Positions 25,228 to 40,335 are shown, numbered from the stretch's first letter. The stretch is 64,000 nt of DNA from Octopus vulgaris (GCA_951406725.2 OX597819.1:48174001-48238000); one strand, 5' to 3'. Program-made: numbers and translations. The notes: generated by a model from the letters alone, not told the origin.

Positions 25228-26060
25228 CATCATCATCCTCATGTACCATTCTGTTGTATTCTCAACCTCTTTTTCCATTGTAATCTATTGGCAGTGAAAC
25301 CTCTTGTAGCTCTGGCAATGTTGCTGATCCACATCTTAATGTTGTTAATCCAGGTTGTCCTTTGTTTACTCTAGCTGTGGCTTCTTTCTACTCAGCCTTT
25401 AAGCACAGCATGTTCTAGTACATCATTAGTTCTTGTGGTGTACAGGCAGCAAAATTTCCATTGGATAATGATTTCCAGAAATATTCATTTCATACCAATC
25501 TTTTCTAGGACTAAATTGTCAAATTTATTTCAAATGTACAATACTCTGAGTCCATCTGTCTTTCAAATGCCCTAAATTTCTTGTCAGCTACTATAAAGGT
25601 TCATATTTCACAGCTATATAAAGACACAGGATGGACAAGACCCTTAAGAAGGTGCATTAGCATTTAAAGCTAACAAGTCTATCTTCCCAAATGTTTCAGA
25701 GATTGGTAATGCTTCTACATGCCATTACTAGCCAGCCTTTGCCTTATTTCTTTGTTGCATTCATCTGCATCAGGACACATACAATCTCAATGCTTCTAGT
25801 ATAGATGTCAGCTTGAATTGTAATTTTCTTTATCATCCCACTCTTTTATCAGCCAACTAAATTCAGCACAAGACTTCTGTAACTTGAAATAGGGCTTGTA
25901 ATTTTTTGTGTAGTGGCTAGCAGATCTGTGTCAACTGCATGTCTCAAGTTACTGCTGTCTCTTCTATTTTAATATCAGTCTCATTATCATCTCAGGGTAG
26001 ATGTTGAAAAGGTGTGGAGAAAGGATGCAGCATTGGCAAACTGCTTCCCCAGGTTGAAGA
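25228..26060 (-). mobile_element. RTE-like LINE remnant (RT C-terminal part)
   Basis: VCQCCILSPHLFNIYPEMIMR (degenerate VRQGCILSPxLFN) with decayed downstream RT/C-terminal sequence and a (GAT)n tail. Confidence 0.7.
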
Positions 26061-26149
26061 ATTATACCCAAAAAATATTTCTCATAGGCTTTTAAATTTT
26101 TGATGATAAAGTTATTACAGTACATGCATCTATAACACAAATATGCATG

Positions 26150-26152
<3 letters not shown>

Positions 26153-26217
<65 letters not shown>
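26153..26217. repeat. (GT)n microsatellite
   Basis: Direct observation. Confidence 0.95.
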
Positions 26218-26221
<4 letters not shown>

Positions 26222-27939
26222 AAAATCTAAGTAATCTGAGGAATACATGTGTTACTCTTTCTTAACATAAGTTGAGATAGAAAATGTGACTAAATGCAGG
26301 GTAGTGTTTAAAAATTTCTTCTTTCAGCTTCAACACTGCAATTTCACATTAAAAAATGTACATGGTTTGAGTTAACTTGTGTCTATAAAATCTATAATCT
26401 ATTACATAAGGAACTTTGAATTTATATTCAAAACAGCGTCTGATCTAAGTATATAAACACTCTGTATAACCATCAGTAACTCACAAAATATTTATCCATA
26501 ACTGGTTTGGTACAGACGTCAAAACTGCCAGACTTATAATGTGGACATTATGAAAATTTACACGGCAAAAACATTTTTTTTTTAAATATAAAAAAAAAGC
26601 CACTGTTACCCAAAAAGCTATGCATTGTAATCTACTTAAATACCAAACAGATATTTAGAGACGGTGGTCATAATTTCCCTGATGACAATGATTGGACTGC
26701 TGGAGTTATACTGTGTTAGAGAGAGATATTGATTACAAGCAGTTTGGTTAAAACCAATTGCAACTAGCTGACAAAACATTGTTGTAGAGATGTTATAGAA
26801 ATTTTGTTATTTTTATTAATGCCAAAAATCAATAAAAGATGATTTGGGAGGGGTAGGCATAGGGGGAAATGACAGAGAAGAGAATAATAATAATAATAAT
26901 AACTGCTGGGATGAATTCATACATTACATATTTGGTTATTGAAGTAGATAGATAATTTTCAATGAGAGCAGCATTTTAGCAAAATTAACCATTCACAAAT
27001 CAATAGAAACACTTTGATCTGGACAAATATATCAATTTTCTGGAAAAGGATAGTATTTCAATTGAGAAGATCAACTCCTGCTCAATATCACTATTATTTC
27101 TATTCAGTTAAGAGAATTCAGAGTGATCACACAGACTTTCCATGGTTGACTTTAAATAATAGTAGTACAACAATTATGAATCATTCCATCAAGAGAGGCT
27201 ATTTTATAGGCAAATACAGATTGTCTGACAATTCTTAACAGTGCAGTTAAAGAACAGCAGTAAATAATTGTGCAAGAAGTAAAAAGGATATTGGAGAAAA
27301 ACAGAAATTCTTGTGGAATCCGAAAATCTTCTATACAAGTATTCATTTACTTGTTTCAGTTTTTAAACTGCAAAGATGTTGATGCACTTTTTTAAAGAGA
27401 CCAGAACTTATTTTATCAATTCCTATTTACCAAATGGCTAAGTTCACCTTAGCATCAAAGAACATAATTGATGGATTAAATGCCACAAGGTACTTTTTTT
27501 GATGCACCAATTTATTGGCAAATCCTCTGATGCACACATACATACAAACATGCATGCACGCGCACACACACACACAAACTAATGTAGTACATATCAAAAA
27601 TGATAGTGTTTGAGTATGGAATGAATTAAGCAAACACTATGTGAAAGATTAAGAGAGAGCCAATAATAGTGGTTTCTATAAACTGATATAGATAGAGCTA
27701 TGCTGGTGGTAGAACAGTAAATCAATATTGAAAGGATGGTTGGATGGGGAACATACCAGTTAATGTGTGAGTTAGTTTAATGACTTCTTCAACTAATTAC
27801 TCAATCACACATGCACTCTCCGTCTACCTCTATCACACATCTACACTTTGTCCATGCGCTCTATTTCCAAAATCCCTAGAAATGATAATGACCCTTTGTT
27901 TAGATCAGTTTGAGGAAAATGTAACAAGACACTGCAGAG

Positions 27940-28075
27940 TTAACCTTTAGCATGTTGAAAGCAATTTGATATTGCCACATGAGTCTTCTCTGTATCTGCA
28001 GGCACAATGTGTTGCATTGAGAGGGTAGAAAACTTATACGGCAACATGATTTGCCTTCAGCATGCTAAAGGTTAA
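27940..28075. mobile_element. piggyBac-like MITE
   Basis: TTAA at both ends; ~40-bp TIR ttaacctttagcatg..gaa.gcaa. Confidence 0.75.
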
Positions 28076-28617
28076 GAGAATTAGGAAACAACTTGATATC
28101 TATGTTTAGAATTGATGCTGTTAATTTTAAAACTTTGTGAAAAGCATTATTTGTCTAAGGAGATTGAGCTAAGTTTGTAGCAGTTATTTTGTTAAGTGTT
28201 GAAGATTTAACCTTTCTGATACCGACATGCCTAGACCACAACTGGTTCTGTAAGACAAACTTTCTGTTTAAAATTAACTTAAAAAACTTCCCATAAAAAT
28301 TTCATGTTAATTTATATTTCAAACACTATCTTAATAATGAAGTTATTTCATTAAATTCTCCATTATTTTCAAAATTAATTGAAACAAACGTAATGTATTT
28401 TAATAGAAATATGGTAACAAAAGTGTTAATGCTTCAAGTTAAACATTCATATTGTATTTTCTTTTGTAAAGATATGGCTAAGACTTGAATGTACTTATAG
28501 TTGGTGGTGGTGGTGGCAATTAGACATTTTGAAATATAGCATGGCATTTACAAAATAAATTTTAATGCTGAAAAGAAGTCAGCAGATATTGAGGTTACTA
28601 ACAAATACAGTTAAATA

Positions 28618-29840
28618 TTGGGTCATCCCATAAATAATGCAGTTTTTTCATTTGCATGAATTAAAAGTCAGATGGAGATGGGATAAACTACCTGCATCAA
28701 CTTGCTATAAAAACAGGTAGTAATTTTACCTTGTACTTATTTTTAGTGCGAGTTTTGAAGACTGTAGTTCGATTTTAACAGTTATTTTTTTAAAGCTATA
28801 ATGGAAGTGGCAAAGGAGAATGTTCAGCATATTTTGCTTTATGAGTTCAATAAAGGCAACAATGCAACAGAAAGTGTGAGGAATATTAATGCAGTATATG
28901 GAGATTGGACAATAAGTGTAAGACAGTATCAACAGTGGCTTCAGAAATTCCAAGCCAGAAACTACAGCCTAGAAGATGAGCCTCATCCTGGAAGATCTAT
29001 AGAGCTTGATGAGGATGTCCTGCAAACCTTGGTATAACAAAATCCAATCGTAACTGTTGAGGAACTAGCAGAGAAGCTTGGATTTGGTCATTCAACCATT
29101 CGTCAACAACTGCGTGCCATCAGAAAAGTCAGCAAATTGGGTCATTGGGTTCCTCACAAACTTTCTGAGTCTAATCGCACATAGAGTGCGAATGCATGCT
29201 CTTCTTGGCTGTCATGTCTCATGAATGAACCTTTTTTGAACTGAATAGCAACTGGTGATGAGAAATGGGTTCTCTATAAAAAAAAGTCAAGTGCCAAAGA
29301 CAGTGGTTAGGGAAAGAAAAAAACACCAGCACCCCAGGATAAAGAAGGGCTTCACCCACATAAGGTGTTGTTATCTGTTTGATGGAATATGAAAGGTTTA
29401 GTCCACTTTGAACTCTTAAACTCAAACCAAGGAATAACAAAGGAGATCTACTGTGAGCAGCTTGAACAGTTTAAGTCAGTGCTAGAAAAAAAGAGACCAT
29501 ATCTGGTTTCAAGACAAAAGGTGTTCTTCCATCAGGATAATGCTCGGCCACATACAGTGAGGATGACATTCCAAAGGATGGAGCAGTTTGAATGGGAAAC
29601 AATGCCCCACCCACCATATTCAGCAGACATTGCCCCCATCTGATTATCATTTATTCCACAGTCTTCAAAATCATTTGAATGGAAAAAAATATGAATTCTG
29701 TAGACAAGGTCAGAACAGTACTGGAGGAGTATTTTTCATCACAGACAAGTGAATTTTGGAAGAGGGTCCTTACAAGTCTACAAGATAGATGGAAAAGCAT
29801 TGTAGAAAATGAAAGAAGCATTACTTATGGGATGACCCAA
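28618..29840 (+). mobile_element. Mariner (DD34D-type) DNA transposon, near full length, inactive
   Basis: TIRs TTGGGTCATCCCATAAATAATGC / GCATTACTTATGGGATGACCCAA with TA TSDs at 28616-17 and 29841-42. Confidence 0.95.
28801..29815 (+). pseudogene. Mariner transposase pseudogene
   Basis: HTH N-terminus (ILLYEFNKG), WVPHKL, TGDEKW, HQDNARPH and HPPYSADIAP motifs, broken by stops and frameshifts. Confidence 0.92.
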
Positions 29841-32800
29841 TATTTTATGATCTGGTTTAAAAAAACAGGATTTTGTTGTTTGTCAAGATTGAGTTATAAT
29901 AAATAAACCACCATATTTCATAATTCAGAAATACCCAGATCCCAAGTGTGTTGTATTAATGGAAGTACTGAGTTCCCCCAAAACCAATTTAAATTCAAAA
30001 TGCTAATTCTTCTAAGCTACACATTTTTTTTTTTCAGTTTATTTGCATCTCCATGGGATTACAATGCTCACAATATATACTCATGAGAATATATTATATT
30101 GCTCATAGTTATACACTCTATTACAGGTTTCAGCCACTCAGCTGTGACCATGCTGGAGCAAAGCCATGAATACAGCAGTCTAATAGAATCTAAACCATGC
30201 CTATTGCTTGCTAGACGGCCAGGTTACCAATTACACTACCTAGCACTTAAGTGACACTAAATCACAATGAATACTGAACATTTAATTTTACTTAATGTTT
30301 TGTTATTAAGTTGTAAAATAACAGGAAATGCTCTTTGAAAAATAGTTCAAAATTGGTAATTGCCAACAGTTCACTTAGCTTCATGTCACATGATTGCTGA
30401 ACAAAAAGCTAATCATGCCCACAAGAAAGATCTTTAAAAAATTGTTTAATCTGCTAATAATGGTGAAATCTGTTAATTATATTAATATTACAAAAACTGG
30501 ATGTAATATCTCTTGTCAGTATATTTTACATAGTTGATGGTGGTAAGCTGGCAGAATCATTAGCCTGTCGTGGTTGACTTCACTTTCCATGCTTGATAAA
30601 ATACCAGTTAAGCACTGATATTGATGTTATCAACTAGTTTTATACCCACAAATTTCAGGCATTGTGCCTATAATGGAAAGAATTATACTTTACATAGTTG
30701 ACATAAACAGACTGATTACAGCTAAAATTTTAATGAGCCTATCAACCAACTGAACAATAGAATTCATGAGCTGTTTGATAGCTTAGTTCTGAGAATCCAA
30801 CCTAATAATGACATTAACTTTTATGGAATTCATAATCATACAAACCATGCTAAATGTTCTGTGATTTAACACTTTAGCCTTCAGGTTACTCTGTCAAATG
30901 TAAGATTTAAGTATTCACATTGCTATGAATTAATCATGCATTATGTTTGTAGCTTTGAGATTCTGATGATGTGTGTGCTTATTCTTAGAATGACATTATA
31001 GGGTAGGTGTGAGAAGACTGATCTGGCAAGTTTGAACATAAAATAGGTAGACTATTTGGGTCAGATATGGCCAGTTTAAATGCTAAAGGGTGAAGAATAA
31101 ATCAAATTATTAACTGAGTTTTTTTTATATTACATCAGTTGCACTTAAACCACCTCAACACCAGCAACCAAAACTGAGTAAAACTAATGTCACTACCACC
31201 CACCCACTCACCCCATGCAATTATTTGTAAATAAAATTATTCCTCAAACAAACTGAAGGCTTCAGCTAAGTTTCTTGTACTTTCACACTATGATTTTACA
31301 AATTATTTATTCAGGATTAATTTTTGTTTGTCATGGAAATCTTGCACTTCTACAGACACACACATATGTATGCATAAACTTTTACAATGCATTTCTTAGA
31401 TTAACTAAAAAAAAAAAATTTTTTTAATGAAATGCATGCTTAGTCATTAATAGAGCAGTCGAAACTCATACTAAAAGTATAGTGAATGTTATATGACATC
31501 ACATTTTTACTATTTAAATGAATTTAAGGCAAAAACAAAGAATACTTTTTTACTAAAATATATAAAAATCTCTATTTTCCTAGATAAAGGTACAACAGTT
31601 TTAAGACAGAAAGTTGTCAGCATTAAAATACTTTTTAATAATTGTAGAAAAAGCATTTTCAATTAAAAGATATCAACATATTTGTCCCACAAGTTAGATT
31701 GCAAAAATTTGCTATAAATCACCAATTTCTTTAGAACAGACTCAGTTTCCTAACACCACATTACAAGTTATGCAGGGTTTACTATATTGCCTTGGTTCTC
31801 ATTACTTCCATGAATAACAATCTGATAAAATGATAGTTTGTTGGTGAAATGGTTAAGGAAAACTAAATAACCACCAAGTAAATTTAACTCAATGCAAAAT
31901 AATGAAGAGATCACCTAGTTTTACTTCTATACAAGAAATAGCAAAAACGTGAACATGACCCAATTGAAGTTTCAAATTGAAAGCTTGTGTATTTTAGAAA
32001 GAAAGAAAACATTGTTTCACAAGGTTTCAGACACCATACATGTACTGAAACTGCTTAATTAGCAGGAAGGGTTGAAACAATACCAGTTATCTAGTTGAAA
32101 TAGTTTTACATAAGGCATATGTAAATGAAACCAGTTACAAAATCCTGCAGAACAAAAGTTACTAATGAGTTCACAATGACATCTAATAAGGTCAACAAAA
32201 ATCTGGCAGCTATTTCCTCTTGACATAATGTGAAAGTCTGTCATTGTCTCCACCTGCCTACCCATCCCTTCAAATAGGCAAAAGCATTTGTGAGCTTGTG
32301 TGTACGAGAAAAGAGAATGGAGAATATAATTCTGGCTATTTCAAGAAAAGTAAAGAACCCTAAACTTATTCATAACTATAATACATTTTGAGTTCTTTAC
32401 CCATAAGAAATAGAACTTTTTAGAACTGATTTCTCAAACAAACACACAGAAATGGCTATGTACACATAACTTGATGTGTGTGTGGGGGGGGGGGAGACAA
32501 CTATGAAGCTAAAAGACCTAGTTATTAAATAGAAAAATAAAAAAGCCAGCAAGCAATCTGAATTCAGATATCTCCTATATTTGTGTTGTTGAAAATCTTA
32601 ATACAATATGGAATTCTATAACTTATTTCCCCACTGATTTCATTTTGCAAGTCAAGTGGAAAATAGGTTTTGTATTATGGAATTCTACATCATGGCAAGA
32701 TTTTCAGAAACAATGCTTCCATAATATGAGTATTCCTGTATTGTAACACTGACTTTTGTTTAACCCTATCACATTTAAACTGACCATAACCAACCCAAAT

Positions 32801-35800
32801 ATTCAAATATATTCCCTTTCACACCTATGCTAAAATGGAAAGACAGACATTAAATGAGTGAGTGAGTGTCTCTTTTACTTTTTTCTTTTTTTTTTTTTTT
32901 TTTTTTTTGTAAAGGAAGTAAATTTTAGAAAATCTGATGCAGGTCCAGAAGGAACAGAAATAGAGTAATTCAGAACTAAGTTATATAAATATGGAATTGG
33001 AAAACAAAACATACAAACACTCTAAAATAGACTGTTTGTACATATTGTACCAATTACAACAAATGAAACTTAGAAAGTTCTACATTTTTTAACCACTGTC
33101 ATCATCAAGCTAACATCTGTTTCCCAAATGAAATCATTCATTCATTCATTCATTTGAGCCAATGAGGAAATGAATGAGGAAGCCAAAGCTCCTTCAAATC
33201 ATACTCAGTGGTCTTGGGAAAGGAAGGGACACACTGCATTAAAATGAGTCTTATAGGCCCCTAAAACGACAGCTGAGCAACTTCACTAGGGTAGACCAAG
33301 GGTAAAACAAAAGCAGTAACTTATTAAGTGAATAAATGTGTTTTGATCAACTTAAAAGCATCAAGCTATATTTGACTACAAATGTGGCCCATAGCTAACA
33401 AGATATAAGATATGGAGCAATATAAGAAACCCCTAGAGTTAATGAAGAGCAACACTTGTTTAAGAACTAGAAATTAAATTGCAAATTTTAGCCTTTCAAA
33501 GAGAAATATATCATGAAATTATGTGAGGGCTTTCTTTTTATTTTCTTCTTTTTTTTTTTTTTTTTGCCGATAAGGTATAAAGAAATTTACAAATGTAAAA
33601 CCTGTTTTTACAGAAATACATCAAGACTAAGTGATAACTTCTGCATAATCCATTCATGATTTTAATTAACACTAAACATTTCCTCTGTAATCATCTTTAG
33701 GCCATGAAATTCAAAAAACAAAAGCAAAAAAAAGTTACGAATTTCAAAGCTCCTTAATATTCATTCTTTTCTTGATAGTTACCATAAACAATAGCAATTG
33801 CATTAACTCTACATGGTCACTCAACCTGCTTGAAACAACAGCCAAAATCTGTCAAGCTTCACCCTATCATCTTAAAAAGGAAACATTAGATAATATAGTC
33901 TGAGGTACACTCAGACTATATTATCTTGAAAAGAAGAAAAAAAAAAAAAAAAGACAAGCTGGTTATAGCTGGAATGCCTTTGATGATAGGCCTGCTTGAT
34001 CAGCACTGATCTTGGGCTAAACAACAACATCCTCAGAGATGAAGGGATAATTCAATTCAGAACAGAGGCATGTATCTCAATATCACAAAGCCTACGATCT
34101 AACATTCCATCAATGTTGCCAACCCACTGATCAAAGTAAATGTTAAAAAAAAAATATTAGTAGGAGAGTCTCCTCCTCCCATCAAAATGCAGGCACCAAT
34201 GGGTAATTGCATTTGAAAATAAAATTCAGAAGCTAAAAAAGTTATAAAATATAAACAATATAAAAGCAAAAAGTAAACAAGTACTAAATAAAGGAGAGAG
34301 AAGATATCTTTAATTGGTAAGCAAGACTGTTTAAATCTAGTTCAAATGCGGTGCAAAGCTTTCCATAGAATATTGCTGATAAGACATTTCTGATGAGATA
34401 TTGCCGGCATTTATAGATCCTTGGAATCTTTCCATGTATTTCCTGATGAGGATAAATTTGTCAGTTCTCTTCCTGATACAATTCAGGTAGCTATGTTTCA
34501 TTATCATCATCATCATCATCATCATCAATATCATCACCCCTATGCAATATGCACATGTCTGTCTGATATTGATGGAGTTTCACAAAGTATTAGAAGGAAT
34601 ATAGGACAAGTCAATATTATATACTTCTAACTATTTGTGCAAGATAGAAAAGTAGGACACAGAAATCTAAAATGAGAGATTATTTGAGCCCTTTTCTAAC
34701 AGAATTAGTTAAGGAGATAACTGAATGATTTTTACAATTCAACGGTATTAATAAAATAAAAAGAAAGATAAAACAATAATAAAAGATAGTTATGCTCATA
34801 ATAAGGCTGCTGAAGATATTGGAAGAATTGACTTCAATAAACAAAGAAATCTCTTACAAGATTTCACATACTTATAAGAATATATTTTTGTCACAGAGAT
34901 AAGTTTGGGCAAGATCAAGAGTTTTGGGTAAAAATGGGCAAGAGATTTAATAAAATACATTACTGTTAAGTATATAATCTTATTCTTTATTATTTAATTT
35001 TTTTTTTTACTGGTTTAGCTAAAGTATTTTTCATAATTTCACACATTTTCTTAAGAAAAAGGAGAAAAAAAGAAAAACAGACATTAGCACTACATTAGGC
35101 ATTAAATGACAGTTGATAACTAATTCTATGTTTTCTTTCCACATAAAAGTTTTCCTGTATTGCTTCAAAGAACTGATAAAATATATTTTACAGACCTACT
35201 CAACTTACTTTAACAAAGGTGAAGTTAAAAATCAGTATATTAAAAAACGCTATTCTTTACAAAAACTATATTTTTTATATATTTTTTTCTTCGTGCTGGC
35301 ATTGGTTGGAATGTTTATATTAAATTTGCAAGTGCAGCAATTCACACAAAAACCAAACCTTTAAGTGATGTAATTCCACACTATATTGTAGCATTCCATA
35401 TTGTTAGTTATCAACATTCCAGATATATTTTAACAAAAAACATTCTATTACAGTCACACCTTCTGTGAAATGCTTTAAATAACTATCATCATAATATTTT
35501 ACCTTTAAAATTAACCAAAACTTTTTTTTTTAAATTTATTAGTGTGAGGTGGTGTGGCAGTAATCATAACCAGGATAACAAGGTTGGGTACATGGATAGA
35601 ATATGTGAATGGAAAAGGGGTTCCAGAGGGGTAGAGAGTAACACTAAAGAACTGAAAAATGTTTAGTAACAGGGTCTAGGAGAAAAGAAACAGTGTAGGT
35701 CATAGAAAGAACAGAAGCATGTGCACTGAATATGTTTGGGGTGAACTTGATATGCAATCAACGTGTTCAACAGAATGGAAACCATAGTAAAAGAAATATT

Positions 35801-37493
35801 AAGAAACAACAAAAAAACACAACTCAGAATGGGAACAATAGCCCCATACTAACCAAAGCCTTGAAGTGAAATGTGTGTGGACATAACAGTGGGGTTAAGA
35901 AGTTCACTTGCAATTATGTAGTTTTGGACAAGCTTTGTAAATGAAATTTGCTACATGGAAACTGTGCGAAATCCTGCTGGAGAAACCATTCCTGTTGAGT
36001 GATAAACTTAATCTGTCATCCAGTTTAATATCACTTCTTGGCTCCCAGCTGCCTTTAGCATACATTCTTGGCAAGTGTTGAGCCCAGGTCTCCAATCAAG
36101 GATAACTTCCTCCTACCAGTCATGGGTGCTGACTTTTTCTCGACTAAATTCTACCCCCACCGCAAAAAAAAAAAGTATTAAGCTTACTGGCCTTGTTTCT
36201 TTATATCTGATGTTGTGTGTGTGTGTGTTCATGTGTGTCCATTCCACCTATTACAATGTCTGAATAATACATGAATGAAGGGCATAGTTTTAAAACTTTA
36301 CTTTGTAAAGTCATAGAAAGTTTTTTTTTTTTGTTTTTTTTTTCAGTCAGGAGAGAAGGCAATGCCCACAGTCCTTTATAGACTCCATGACTGGTGGGGA
36401 GATAGAAGGCATCTTCGAACCAAAGACCTAGCCTGAACCTTTGCAACAGAATAGACTCTGCTAAAGCCAGGGTTCCAGGTGGTGGTGTTAGACTGGAAAT
36501 GGGTTAAGTCTACAACCTAAGTAGACCACGGCAGGTTTTGAACTCAGAATGCAAAAAGCCAGAACAAATATGGCAAGGCAACTTGTCCAACAGTCTTATG
36601 GTTCCACCACTTTGTCATCTTGAATTGGTACTCCAAAAGGATTAAAGAAAAGTTGACCTAAGAGGGATTTGAACTAAGAGCCCACAGAGTCAGAAAAAAT
36701 ACCACAAGGTATCCAACATTCAAATGACTGCCAATTTTATAGCCTATGCCGATTCATCACCTCAAATATGAAAGACAGGGAGAAATATTCTCATAAAGAT
36801 AATCAGAGATTGTTACTAGGTGTCTCAGAATCTAATGTTTGAAGAAGAGGCACTAGTAACTAATTAGAGGCACTAGTAACCTCTGTATTAAGGATGAGAT
36901 ATACAGTGTGTGGAGGTTTGAATAAAACTAAATTGTTGTATCACCAGTTGTAAGATGCTTTGGAGATGGTTGTTCATGAAAGGTCCATCAAAAACATCTG
37001 AATAAAGCCTATGTATACAAAGTGAGAATGAAGTGGATGGTAATGTCAGCAACTTAAAAATTAAATTTAGTTTTGGAAGTTTTCAGCAAGAAGATAGCTG
37101 TTGTTTCCATTAGTAAGCAAATTTGTCAAAAAGGTCTGTTGATGTTAAAGGCAACCACTTCATTGTCAAATTTCTTAAGTAGAGACTGTACAAATGTCTG
37201 ACATTAGGATAGAGTCATTTGTTGAAAACCAATTTACATTTCAAAGAGGTCCATTTGATAATTTGTTTTCTCATTCATTAATTGTATTTTCAGTATATGG
37301 TGTGTGTGTGTGAGGGAGAGACTGAACATGAGAGAGAGACAGACAGGGAGAGAGAAAGAGCATTATTTTGTGCATGTAAACAGTATGCACACTTTGATAA
37401 AACTGAACTGGTCTGTTCCCATGGTAAGTAATCTCTAAACCATGCAAAACAATAACTTGGGGCATCAAGAACAGATAGGTAGGCATCTCATAC

Positions 37494-37598
37494 CAAACTT
37501 GCATTCTTTGTAGCCATCAAACACCGTTGCATATCAGGGTTGTCTGCTACAACTGTGTACTTGTCCTTGTTTTTCTCAAAGTCCATGTGGTATTGTAC
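37494..37598 (-). CDS. Lasp: Lasp nebulin-repeat exon (VQYHMDFEKNKDKYTVVADNPDMQRCLMATKNASL)
   Basis: ttccag/gtatga boundaries, 105 nt, phase 0-0, open frame, YHxDFEK nebulin motif. Confidence 0.9.
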
Positions 37599-37715
37599 CT
37601 GGAAGCCAGGTGTAATGACCGTAAAACATCAATAAGGAAAGTACTTGTATATTTTAAGAAGTATTCAAGCCATGAAGAACTTCAACACAGAAAAAGTATT
37701 CTAAAGCAAGAAGAG

Positions 37716-37752
<37 letters not shown>

Positions 37753-39199
37753 CCGCACCACCCCACTCCAGACAATCTCTTGTCTAAGATACAAAACTTG
37801 TTTTATATTTTAAAGTCTTCTTTGCCTTTAAATTAAAACATTCCTTTATGGTTTTATGTCAGAATTTTAAGTTATGCTTCAAACACAAGCTTAACACTGG
37901 AGAAGTTAGTTATTTTATTATATCCATCCAAAATTTTTTATTATATTCAAAATTAATTAAAACGTGTAGACAGTATATTCAGTTAGAAATATGGTTTACA
38001 AAAAGGTTAATCTAATCGTTTAATTTTTAAACCAAATATAGAAAGAAAAATAAATAGGGAACATTTTACTGAATTAGCAATTAGCTATAATTTGTAGAAT
38101 ATTGCTATCATAATATTAAGGTTTAGGTTAATAAACAGTTTAATTCATTAAAAAAATGTTTGTGTTAAGTTGTTGTTAAACATAAGTTCTTAGCTTAGAA
38201 GAAGAACAAGATCAAATTATATAAAACATTATCATATGTTGATTTCTTTTAAGGCATAACTTAAATACCAAAATATAGGAGATTGGATTAAATATCATAA
38301 ACCTAGTTAGCCAGGAAATAGCATGAACCTTATCAATGGGACAAATTCAAGATCACAATCTACTAGCTAAGGTCATGTGTCAATTTGATATTCTGTTAGC
38401 TGGATAATCAATAGTTTTATTGTCACAAACTGAAGTAACACTAGTAGCTAATTTGTCGAAGCCAACTTAGTCTAATGCCATTATCTGCTTTGGTTCAATG
38501 TGTACTGAGAATAAATATAATTAAAAATAAAACAAATAAAAAGGCTGAACAGTAAGCAGCTACAATACAGCTACAATAAAATAAGTATAAATTATTAAGC
38601 TATCGAAATAATTCCCTCAATGCCAAGGATAAAAATAAATCTGGAAAAAAAATACTATCTTTATACAAATGAGAAATAAAGTGTAATACAATAGCAATAC
38701 AAAAGAGGGAAAGATAACTCTGGGGAGCATTTTACACACTGAATGCAGAAGGATTTCATACTGCTATTTTAAAATAGCTGGTTGGAAAATTTCAATTAAC
38801 TGACATTATCCAAGTAATTTGGAGACTAAAATCAATAAGGTAGATAACTCCAATAAGATCAGTTGATTGAAATTTTTGGACAATGAACACAATATACAAG
38901 GGAGTGGATCTTTAGCACACCTCCTACAGGAAAAGTAAATAAAGTCAATAAATAAACAAACATAAAAAATAATATTAAATAATGAATTTGTAAGGGAGAG
39001 GAATTCAGAAGCTGAGGCATTCAACCCCCCTCTGCCACACACACACTTTCACTACCACCTTTAAAAAAGAAAAGAGAATTCAAAATAGTTTTTTTTGTGG
39101 ATTCTACTCATCTTATCAAACAGCATTATTTACAATATAATGTAATATACTGATGGGTCATTATATTACACTATAGTATAATGTATATATAATAATATA

Positions 39200-39610
39200 T
39201 CTGTCATGCCTGGCCCTTGTTCATACTTCACCAAGTTGGAGCACCTCTTCAAATTCTTGTGGAAGGGACAAGTTCCGTTGGTGAGGCGGTCCATCTGCTG
39301 CCAGCACCCTCTACATGGAGGGTTGGGCATGCCATGGCTAATGATGCATAGACATGCAATGAGGCCATGGCATCTCCAGATATTCTGTCTAAACAGTGAA
39401 GAGGTGTGGTTGGCATTTGTCAAACAGGCCTTTCTCCAGCTCATCTCCTTCACTGAGCTGCAGTCCTGTGTCAAGAAGAGACCCAGACAGGGTGAGTGGC
39501 ATCTTGAATGCTGCCAGGCACTCACTGTCCTCTATGTGGTGGGAAAGTTCTATGGAGGGTTAGTGGTGGGAAAGTGCGATGACACACTCAAAGAGATGCT
39601 AGGTGTCAAC
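39200..39610 (+). mobile_element. L1/Tx1-like LINE fragment
   Basis: LFKFLWKGQVPLVRRSICCQHPLHGGLGMP, typical of the post-RT region of L1/Tx1 ORF2; GC-richer island. Confidence 0.65.
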
Positions 39611-40296
39611 AAAATCAAACAGACCAATCAAACTTTGAAAACTTTAATAAGTAAACAAAGATAGAATTTATTAATTTAAACCAGTAATAATCAGATTTGT
39701 GTTGTATATCTGAAAGGGCATTATTATTGCCAAATATATTTTTTTATATCTTTTTTTTTTATATATTAAGTGAAAACTTCCCAGAAGCCAACACGTCTCC
39801 TACCTGCTGATTGTCTTGGAAATATTTAGTACTTTTCTAGCACAAGATATTTTAAAGACAATCTCCAAGTATTTGTTTTTACAATAAAAAAAAATGGCAT
39901 TAAAAGTGTATATACTCTAGACAAAAATATTTTCTCAATATAATAAAAATAAAAAACAAAATGACCAAGAAAAATGTATGTGTTAGATAGTATTTGGTAA
40001 TGAAACATAGGCAAGAATATTAAATAATCAAAAGTTGAACTGCATTTTGATCCACTTGTTGCACAGCATAAATTCTATAAAGGTGTAGAGCAAAGTAGCC
40101 ATATAAGGAGTTAGCAAAAACAAAAAAACAGAATTTAAACTCCAATTCAGTAACTTAAAAACTCATGATTCAACAAAACAACAATCTTGTGCAAATATAA
40201 TAAATCCCGTTAAGAAAATAAAAGTTACTCTTTTTGACAAGGGGGAGTGAGAGAGAAAAAAAACATTACATTGGGCGAAGCTATGCTAACACAAAC

Positions 40297-40335
<39 letters not shown>

